From Tubiluchus corallicola (taxonomy: Eukaryota; Animalia; Priapulida), in assembly GCA_030141605.1 (NCBI GenBank), contig JAQGDQ010000083.1:62001-126000 (forward strand): DNA of 64,000 nucleotides, given 5' to 3'. Numbering within the stretch: position 1 is the stretch's first letter; the number at the start of each line of letters is the position of its first letter. Positions 55,601 to 64,000 of this stretch are shown one piece after another. The notes below the pieces were generated by a model. The model was not told the origin of the DNA. It saw only the letters and a program-made list of their open reading frames with translations, and made no database searches. Both the position numbers and the translations under genes were made by a program.

Positions 55601-58600
55601 TAGATTGTTTTAGTGAGCCTTTGACAAGTGTATAAACTTCAGAGACAACTGAATGCAAAAAGAAAGGAATTAAAATGGTGCATGAAGTCATAGATTATCC
55701 AAGATCTTCGCTTACATGACATATATTTGCATTAATCTGAAAAATACAGACAACTCAGCGCATGATTAAGTTCAGAAAACACTGAAATGTTCGTGATATC
55801 GCACTATGATATGGCTTCGTGTGCAGTGATTTAGTCAGCTTTTCCTTTTTGCACTTGAAAGGGAGAAAATAGCAACAAAATGTCACAAATCAATCTGCAC
55901 GGAACACAATGCCCTCAGAGCTTTCTTGTTATTCTGAAGCCATATCTTTTCAGTTCTCATTTACAGCAAGTCCTTGCTTAACGACTCCCCGTTTAACAAC
56001 GTTTCGTTTTAACACCGCTGAACATTTGACACCATTTTCTCACTTAACGACACACGTTTCGTTTTAAAGACGATTTTTTAAGTTGCTGACAACCATTTTT
56101 TATCAACAACTTTTTTTTGCCTAATTTGGAGTATAAAAGCCATGCAAATTGCATAATTTTGTTCTAAAAGCACATTAGTAACCCAAACAGTGTAATTATT
56201 ATAATGCTTTTGGTTCCCAACTATCTGCGTACTAAATTCTAGCCGCTTGTATGAAGATCTATTTGCCGATCCAGTCTCCAGACACCTGAGTTTAAACTTG
56301 ATGCCAAGGAATTTTGTGTGCAACTTGTTGCTATAACAACCAGATTAATACTTCCTGAAATTGCCTCAAGATGGCTTCATGCAGGGCTAGGCCTTCTCTT
56401 TGCATTGTTTAAATGTGAACTGTCTGTATACAGGTTTCAATAGACCCATATCCAGTCTAGCTAGATTTTGGTAAGAAAGATAGATGGTTTCTGGCAATTA
56501 ATCAGTAGAAATATGAATAAAACTCATAAAACATTTGATGTATACAATTTAAGCAGCATCGATTTTTGCTTCTGGAACGTATCTCAATTCTTTTACATTA
56601 CTTTCCATGGAAGTCTTGGTTTCGTTTAACGACGTTTCGCTTAATGTCACATTTTGCTGGAGTGCATTAGCGTCGTTAAGTGAAGACTTGCTGTACTAAT
56701 GTGTTTGTCTGTTTTTAGGTGAATCTGACAATCGTGTTGTGTCTGAACTGGAAAGTCTTATTTACACGCCAGAGAATCCATTATCTGATATTCAAATTGA
56801 CCAGTTTATGGTCATTGCTCGGTCAGTGGGAACATTTGCTCGTGCTTTAGATTGTTCTAGTACGGTCAAACAGCCGAGTCTGCACATGAGCGCGGCTGCT
56901 GCTTCTAGAGATGTAACTTTATTCCATGCAATGAATGTATTGCACTTGTCCGGTAAACACCTTAGTTGATTAGTTTGCTAATATTTCTTTTCTGTTTTAA
57001 TAACTTTGTAGGCGCGGGTTATTAAATTGATACAGTAGGTGCACTTAATTGACTCACGGTTAATAGACTCAATCAATTAATTGACTCAAAAACGCCTGGT
57101 ACGGGCCACTTCTATTGAAATGTACATAAATACTGTCGGTAATTGACTTAAATAACTCTGCATAATTGAATCAATATTTTTGCTTCACATGATTCAATAA
57201 GACACTTTCCCATGATTAATAAGCTTTTATGACTTTTATATCATCTTAGTTCGCTTTTGTCCTATAATATACATAAGAAACAATCATGTTAAGTACCGTT
57301 TTGTTTATAAGCAGGAACGTTTATCATATGCTAATATGCTAGCCTAATGGTTTGCTTTGACCCGCCTGGCCACTGCAATTAACCTGGTTACCCAAGAATT
57401 CTTGAAAGCTAAACATTTAGTCACTTGCTTAGCGATTTGTTTTTGAAGCTCTGACTATTTTTGCCAGAATGTCTTATCAGTTAGATGTTGCTGGATGCAG
57501 GTACAGTACAGTTGCTGGCATCCCTGGTGTAGTCCAAAGGAAAGCGGGGCGATACGTTTGGCACCAAGTTGGCTGCAGGAGCTGCCGGAGTCAGTGAGCA
57601 CACTGCACACTGGTCCGCCTTCGGGGCTCCACTCCTGATTTGGAAGGTTTACTCCTCTACACATGGCCATTGAGTCACTTGACCTCCTCCGCCCTCTAGT
57701 CTTTGGCTGCTTGTGCAGCTCCTTGCCTAGTGTCGAGATACAGTGTGGGCATCCCGCAAGCCTACAGCACCTGGTATTCCTAGGCGCACTAACCAGGCTC
57801 TATGTTGCTTAACTTCGGTGATCAGATGAGAACCGGTGTTTTCAACGTGATTTGGCCGTAGTTACACAGTACAGTAAGTATGTCACAATTATAGCAAGCA
57901 GGAGCTTAGGCGAACCTACCGACGAAGCTACTTGCGGGGAAACACGGGCACCACTAACAGTTTAAGCACGCCAAACACTAAGTATTTCTTTCGAAAATTT
58001 ATGCGTGATCATACAACAGCAGATCCATTAAAATTCATTAAAACATTTGCAGTGCATAGTAAGCTGTTGACTCATACTTCTATACCAGTAATACTGTACC
58101 CATCGGTTAATAGGTTCAGTCGGTTAATTGGACAAAAACACTTCGGTCCCAAAGTGAGTCTATTAAGTGACACCTACTGTATTAGCTTTAGAGAGCTTAG
58201 ATTTCTGGCCAAAGTACTAGCTGCAACTATATACTGTATCCGATATAACTTAAAAAAATTTGTCTAAGCTTGCTTAAATTAATAGTAACCAACCAATTTA
58301 TTGGTTGTTAGTGTAAAGGTGCCTTTGAAATGACAGTTTTTATTTAAAAATTACTATATTTAAAACACAGTATGTGTTAGCAGTGAGTATGATTTTTGAG
58401 GATTTTATCAAGGTTTCTATAATTGAAGTTTGAAACGTAGTGAACGTTGGAAAGCCTGTCTCATGTTGTTACTTTTCTGTAATTTATAGAGTGGTATTTT
58501 TTATTAGATAGAAAAATATAGCTAAATTTTATTTACACAGTTTAGTTAACCTGTTTGCAGTTATTATAATTAATGCACTTTTGTGTACATTAATACAATA

Positions 58601-61600
58601 ATGTACTTTTAATTTTTTTTGCGGTTAACAACGTCTTGCTAGAGTGTATTTTTTATAGGTTACGATCTCTCAAAGGCAATTTCAACACTTGTGCCACCAA
58701 GTGGCCCAGTCTTGTGTCGCGATGAAATGGAGGAGTGGTCGGCTGCCGAAGCAAATCTTTTTGAAGAAGCCATTGAGAAATACGGAAAAGATTTTGGTGA
58801 CATTAGACAAGACTTCTTACCATGGAAATCTTTAAAGAACATTATAGAGTATGCGCATGTACAGTAATGTTGAAAATTTGGTTTATAGATTTAAGATTTG
58901 CGACATTTCACTACCAGAAGCCAACTTGTCAACAGTTCACCAATATGGCAGATGAAACAATGATGAGAAATTGTTAGAACTCAGAGCAATCACTCTTTAG
59001 TATATAATCTTAACTTTATTTCCTGCTGTACTATTTAATTGTGAAGTGTTTGTTCATTGAATTGTTGCTTAAGATAAACAGATGCTTGAGTAGCCATTAA
59101 AATTATGAAGAACTGGTTAGTTTTTTTGCTTTTACCTTATGTAGTTGTGTGACATTAGTGGTATACCTTACATCCAGGTGCTAGATTGCAATTTTACATC
59201 CATAATTTTATTTTGCAAGGAGTAGTAATATAATATTAGGTCTGAAAAACCTTTTAAGAGCTTAAGTGTTTCTTGGAAATATGGTAAAATGGTTTTTTGA
59301 TAAAAAAGTGTGTTTGGAAATTATAAGAGTGAAAGTTGTTTAAAAAGAACACAAACACTGCATTAATTTTCTAGCTTAGTATTTTTCAATAAAGGTTATT
59401 GTTCGAAGCCATAGTTGGTGGAGACCAGCGTCGATCTTTTCGTTGGGTGATCATTCAAAATTTTATGTTTTTTTATACTCTATGTGATCCATTTTTTTAT
59501 TTCAGATACTACTACATGTGGAAAACAACAGACCGTTATGTACAGCAGAAACGTGTAAAAGCCGTTGAGGCAGAAAGCAAGTTGAAACAAGTGTACATTC
59601 CAAACTACAACAAACCTAACCCTGCAGCAATTCAGGGCCAAAGAAATGGATTTGAGGGTGTCGATTCTCGTGCGTGTGAAAGCTGCTTTACCAGTGTTTC
59701 ACATCAGTGGTAAGCTGTTTTGGCAATTGGGTTTATCTGTCAGAGATTTCTTGAGATAAGTGCTTCCAAATGTGGTAAAGAGACAATAACCATGCGGAAC
59801 AAAATACCTGCAAGTACTAATTCAACTTCGTCGTTACCAAGATTCAAAAAAAGTTTGAAAACTTTATTCTTTAATGCGAATTAAAGGTTGACCTTGTATA
59901 GTATGTTCACGCGTATGTTCAGATTTACAGTGAGTGACAGACTGGCCGATAGTGTACTTCTGTTCATAAATATATATATATATTTTTGCAATGTCTTAAT
60001 AGCAATCTCATATTCAACTAATCCACATCATTTCACTAACCTAATCGTACTAATTCCCATCTCCTACACTATCAGTCCATCATTTTTTACCTTCCCTTTT
60101 TGCACCCTAACACCTGCATCATTAATGATATCATGTCATGCCAATTTTATTATGAAATTAATGTAATTATATAATCTTATGTACACCTTGTCATCGTAAT
60201 GTGTTTTGCTATATTGTATTGTTGTTTGGTGTTTTCGTAATAACTAAAAATAAATAAATAAAAATGAGCAGTTCAATTTCTCATCTTAAAGGATACTGTG
60301 AGAAGCTTCTATCCTCAAAAATGCATGTCAAAATACATAATCCTTGTTACTAGTGGCTTGAACTTGGCGTACTGAGTGGCAAATTGTATAAAATATTCCA
60401 AGGCACTAATGATCAGTTTGTTGACTTTAAATTCTTCTGCAATTATTGTGTTGAACTTCACTATTTTTATTTACGTTTTTTTTCCCAGGTATGCTTGGGG
60501 TGCATCGCACCTGCACTGTCGTGTTTGTGCCAACTGCTGGACATACTGGAAGAAGTACGGAGGCCTGAAAATGCCAACCCGATTAGAGCAGGCAGAAAAT
60601 CAGGCTGCTCAGATGCAGATGCAGACATATAAATGCAGTGTTCTTGGTGAGTTGAAAATTATTCAAGGTGACAGTAACAGTTCAGTTTTACTTATTAAAA
60701 TCATGCAACATTTTTTGGACTCGATTTATTTTAAATATAAAAGAAAATTCACATTGAATATATCTTGTCAAATTAAACACAACTCTACAACCTTGATAAG
60801 AACTTATGAATGTCAGTAGAAATATTTACTCTCCTTTTCCGTCACATGCATGCTCCACTCAGGTTCCCACGGTCAGGGAAAATCCTTAAAAATGCAGGCT
60901 ATCCTGGAAAGTCATGGAAAAGTCAGGGAAAATGATGAAAATGGGGTGAAAAGTCCGGGAAATTGGAAATCGTTGCAAAAATAATCACCATGGACCGATA
61001 TTTTTTCAAACATATTTTTCAGCGATTCGTATTCAAATAAAATTTTGCTATGGCAGGCTCCCAGTTTCAATTTCTGTGCCAAAAATAATGATTGGATTAA
61101 GAAAGTTTATTTAATGTAATTAGTGTCATTTCGTTAGCACTACTGCAATTGTGCAGACACATTATATATCAGTATATGTATGAATGTCCACACATAAAAA
61201 TGTTTAATTACGTTTACTGGTAATACAGTTTCTGCTTATCTTCGTCATGGAAAATCTATATTTGGTCAGGTAAAAGTTTCGGAGGTCATGGAAATTTATT
61301 TTAAAATTCTGTAGGAACCCTGTCCACTGAACTCTCACTTCTATCAAAATTTCCAGCATAATTATTAATGGTTTTCTCTTTATTTTCACATGTGCTGATA
61401 GGCTGAATGAACTACAGTTATGGAGGTATTTTTGCATATGTGAGCAAATTTTTGCTAGGAAATACTTGAAAAAGTTCATGAAAACTAGTGTTTTAAAGGA
61501 CTGGAAATAAATACAAAGAACACAGTTTTTCTCATTTTTTTTCTCATTCGCACTTTTTGTGAAAGAAACATTTTTATTTTGCATCAAAACATTATTGATT

Positions 61601-63688
61601 TTCTGGCTTCTTGAATCAACAAAGAAATCATTTTCATGTTTAGTCTTTTGGCTGTTTCATAGTCCTGGTTTATGATTGCACGTTCAAATTTGTTCATTTG
61701 CAGGTTGTGGAAAGGAGTTTAAGATGCGCACGCAGCTGGTTCGTCACTGTGCAGCTATGCATGGCTTCGCGATGCGCTCCGGGAGTCCTCGTCCCATTGT
61801 AAAGACTCGGGCAGCATTCTGCCTGCACACTACACCTCTGACTCGTCTTGCTCGGAGAGTGTGTGGTGACATGTTGCGAGTTCGACACGCCGGGCGAAAA
61901 CCTTTTGAACCAATCAATGCAGCAGCGATTAAAGCAGAATGCCAAGCTAGGATTGCTGCTGATAAAGACAAACCTTTAGGTTGGTTAACATAATTACAGT
62001 TTAATTAAAATGTGTGATAGTCATACTTCATATACATTTTAAGCAGATTATATGGATACATCCATTTTATTCAAAGTAAGGTTATGAAAGCCATAACAAA
62101 TATTTCATTTTGCTGAGTAAATAGTCTATTAGTTTATAAATTATAGATTGGTAGAGTGAAGCCATTTCTATTAGTTTATAAATTATAGATTGGTAGAGTG
62201 AAGCCATTTCTTGATTCCCACATTGTTTTAAGTAGACATTTAAAAGGCAATGAACTCAGTAATTGTTGCTGCTGCCTTTCCCACTGCTACTGTTCTACAG
62301 TTATAAGTACTAGTATACTACTATTACATTGAACGCTCGCAGGTGCAGATAAAAAAACTAAAAAACAACATGTTAATGTTGGCCTAACAAACTTTGTGAC
62401 AATAGGGTGGGCAAAGCATGTAGGAGGGGATTAATAATTATGATTCTCATGCCTAAGGCCGACAGTAAAAATACTTCTGTTTCCATCTAATCACCCGGGT
62501 AATTTTATAATTGTTTTTGTATGTTCATATACTGACACACTCATGTAAAATAGTATTTTTTTAAATTTCAAATCTTCTTCTTCCCAGCTTTTCCCTATTA
62601 AGTCTCACCGACTCATTCTTTTTAATTTCAAATGTAAAATGCAATAATTATTATTTCAGCGAGGATGCATCCATGTTTTTTGGGTTGCCAAACTCTCCAG
62701 GGTTGCCATTTTGTATGATGCTGATTACTGTATTGGAGGCTAGAACGTATAATTTTTTCTGCCTAATCAGCATATTAATGGCTATTAACGCCCGAGTAGT
62801 ACTGCCGCTTAGGCGTGATTATCAGATCATATATTTGTACTATACAAAAAAGAGACTACATGATAATTGATACTGTACGACAGTTTAGTAATGTGAAACA
62901 AAAAGCTAAAAATCAAAGCGTGATAAATGTGCATTGAAAAAATTTAAAGCATTACTACTAACCAGTGGAAAGTAAACAAACTTCAATTTCAAATGAAATT
63001 GATATTCCACGATTCACATTCACAAAGCTTTAAAAAAAAATTTTCTTCCCTTCCTGCTGCCATCTTTTGAGTTGATGAGGTAAGACAGAAACAATTTTTT
63101 TGTGGCTGGCTTAAGTTACACCGACGTGAACTCAGTGATGAGGGCACCCTCAGAACCAGACTATACCTGCAACTGTTTTTGCTATTCTGGTCATTCCATG
63201 AGTAAGCTTCATCTAGAAACCATCCAAATCCTTGATGAGAGCAGAAGTCAGATAATGTGTTTGTACGAGCATCCACTCTGTCGTACAGAGTGGCAGGTTT
63301 AAGTCAACTGTAAAATAGATAATGCGTTAGCACAACCCACCCTTTAGTTGATTCTTTGAATTGCCTTATTTCTCTCCGTAATGTAGTATTTTAATTCAAG
63401 TCATTGATTCGTCTTATAGGTTTGGTTGGCCATTTTGAAATGTTACATGCTTGCGTAGATTTTGTTAAGCTATCACAGTTGCACCATAATACATGTACAG
63501 TGTTTACGTAATTATAGGCAAGATGGTTGCTAAGAAGCGATCAGGAACAGACGACATTGTGGCACGCTTGGGAATAGATTTATCAACTGGCAAACCAGAC
63601 GTTCTTACCGGAGGAACTGCAACTAGAGAGTCTCGGGACACGCCCGTCAAGCCCGCTGCGATAATGCCTCGGGAGGACCGCGTATCAC
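52616..63688 (+). CDS. MTA1: Metastasis-associated protein MTA (NuRD subunit; BAH-ELM2-SANT-GATA), 5' nine coding exons; continues beyond the window
   Basis: Exons 52616-52721 ([15 protein letters not shown]), 52838-53007, 55069-55279 ([22 protein letters not shown]), 56719-56952 ([15 protein letters not shown]...[11 protein letters not shown]), 58659-58848 ([27 protein letters not shown]), 59506-59709 ([16 protein letters not shown]...ACESC), 60489-60646 ([15 protein letters not shown]), 61704-61979, 63518-63688. All phases are consistent. This is likely the single invertebrate MTA1/2/3 orthologue. Confidence 0.97.
54057..54591. mobile_element. Kolobok-like non-autonomous DNA transposon (TTAA target)
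   Basis: TTAA|AGGAAAACCGGACGATTG ... CAATCATCAGCTTTTCCT|TTAA; internal perfect palindrome GTCACATGCATGTGAC near 54247-54262. Confidence 0.7.
55964..56693. mobile_element. Tigger/pogo-like MITE
   Basis: TIRs CAGCAAGTCCTTGCTTAACGAC ... GTCGTTAAGTGAAGACTTGCTG, subterminal CGTTTAAC repeats, TA duplication (55962-55963 and 56694-56695). Confidence 0.88.
57513..57865 (-). mobile_element. 5S-derived SINE-like retroposon (5S head plus ~245-nt GC-rich body)
   Basis: The 5S head runs directly into a GC-rich body (GACTCCGGCAGCTCCTGCAGCCAACTTGGTGCCAAACGTA...CCTTTGGACTACACCAG) that from memory resembles RTE-LINE 5' UTRs. Flanked by candidate direct repeat ACAGTACAGT (57503-57512 and 57866-57875). Confidence 0.65.
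57758..57863 (-). pseudogene. 5S rRNA-derived sequence lacking box C (14-nt deletion); head of a SINE-like element
   Basis: Minus strand reads AACTACGGCCAAATCACGTTGAAAACACCGGTTCTCATCTGATCACCGAAGTTAAGCAACATAGAGCCTGGTTAGTG^CGCCTAGGAATACCAGGTGCTGTAGGCTT (106 nt). This matches metazoan 5S except for loss of CTTGGATGGGTGAC. No oligo-T terminator follows. Confidence 0.93.
60860..61322 (-). mobile_element. MITE with CAGGGTTCC termini (copy 2, opposite orientation)
   Basis: CAGGTTCCCACGGTCAGGGAAAA...GTAGGAACCCTG flanked by direct repeat TCCACT (60854-60859 and 61323-61328). Confidence 0.82.
62125..62211. repeat. Perfect 42-bp tandem duplication
   Basis: TCTATTAGTTTATAAATTATAGATTGGTAGAGTGAAGCCATT x2. 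Confidence 0.95.
63060..63290 (+). mobile_element. Penelope-like GIY-YIG endonuclease relic
   Basis: Frame-shifted LKLHRREL...GHSMS...TIQILDES resembles R.KEH.R...GH.......ILD.E. Confidence 0.35.
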
Positions 63689-64000
63689 GTAAGCTTGTCA
63701 ATTAATTTGAAGGATGTTGCCACCTCTAATTTTTGAAACACGAATACTAGACAAGTAAGGGGAAATTTCACATCATTATGTTTCATCAAATAAGAACTTT
63801 GTTTTCAATAGTGAGCGTAGCTTATCCATCTAGAAAGCTGTCTTGGCTGATGAGATTGCTTGTGTGGTTGACTTAGTCAGTCTTAAGGAAGTACTTTGAC
63901 TAAATGCAAGCAAAAGCTTTACATTTGTCGAAGTTCATTCATGGACTGGGCCATTGTAAACTGTAAATTTCTGTATTTAGCTTTCCAGTTTTTCGTAGAA

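Larger units (their letters stand above)
57033..58179. mobile_element. Non-autonomous Tc1/mariner (pogo/Tigger-like) DNA transposon containing the 5S-SINE
   Basis: TIRs CAGTAGGTGCACTTAATTGACTCAC ... GTGAGTCTATTAAGTGACACCTACTG, TA on both sides. Confidence 0.85.

Noticed and set aside
57758-57863. Functional 5S rRNA gene
   Set aside because: Box C deleted, 5' end altered, no terminator, single copy inside a transposon.

Overview
AT-rich, intron-rich eukaryotic (invertebrate animal, probably lophotrochozoan; inference) genomic DNA. The ORF track misses almost everything, so genes were assembled by hand from splice sites and reading phase. There are four spliced genes in two head-to-head pairs: <-calcineurin A catalytic subunit (exons 1-5, continues off the left edge) | PBLD/PhzF-family isomerase-> <-uncharacterised ~307-aa protein (acidic N-terminus, hydrophobic segment, probable SRPBCC/START-like fold) | MTA (NuRD subunit)-> (continues off the right edge). 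The introns hold many transposon relics: hAT, Tc1/pogo and Kolobok-like MITEs with visible TIRs/TSDs, CR1, RTE and Penelope fragments, and a Helitron-like piece. Most notable: the SRPBCC-like gene with a phospho-FFAT-like motif, a 5S-rRNA-headed SINE-like element nested in a MITE, a 53-bp internally palindromic minisatellite, a GC-AG intron in MTA, and a partial duplicate of a calcineurin exon end with its donor. No CRISPR or prokaryote-like system is supported.
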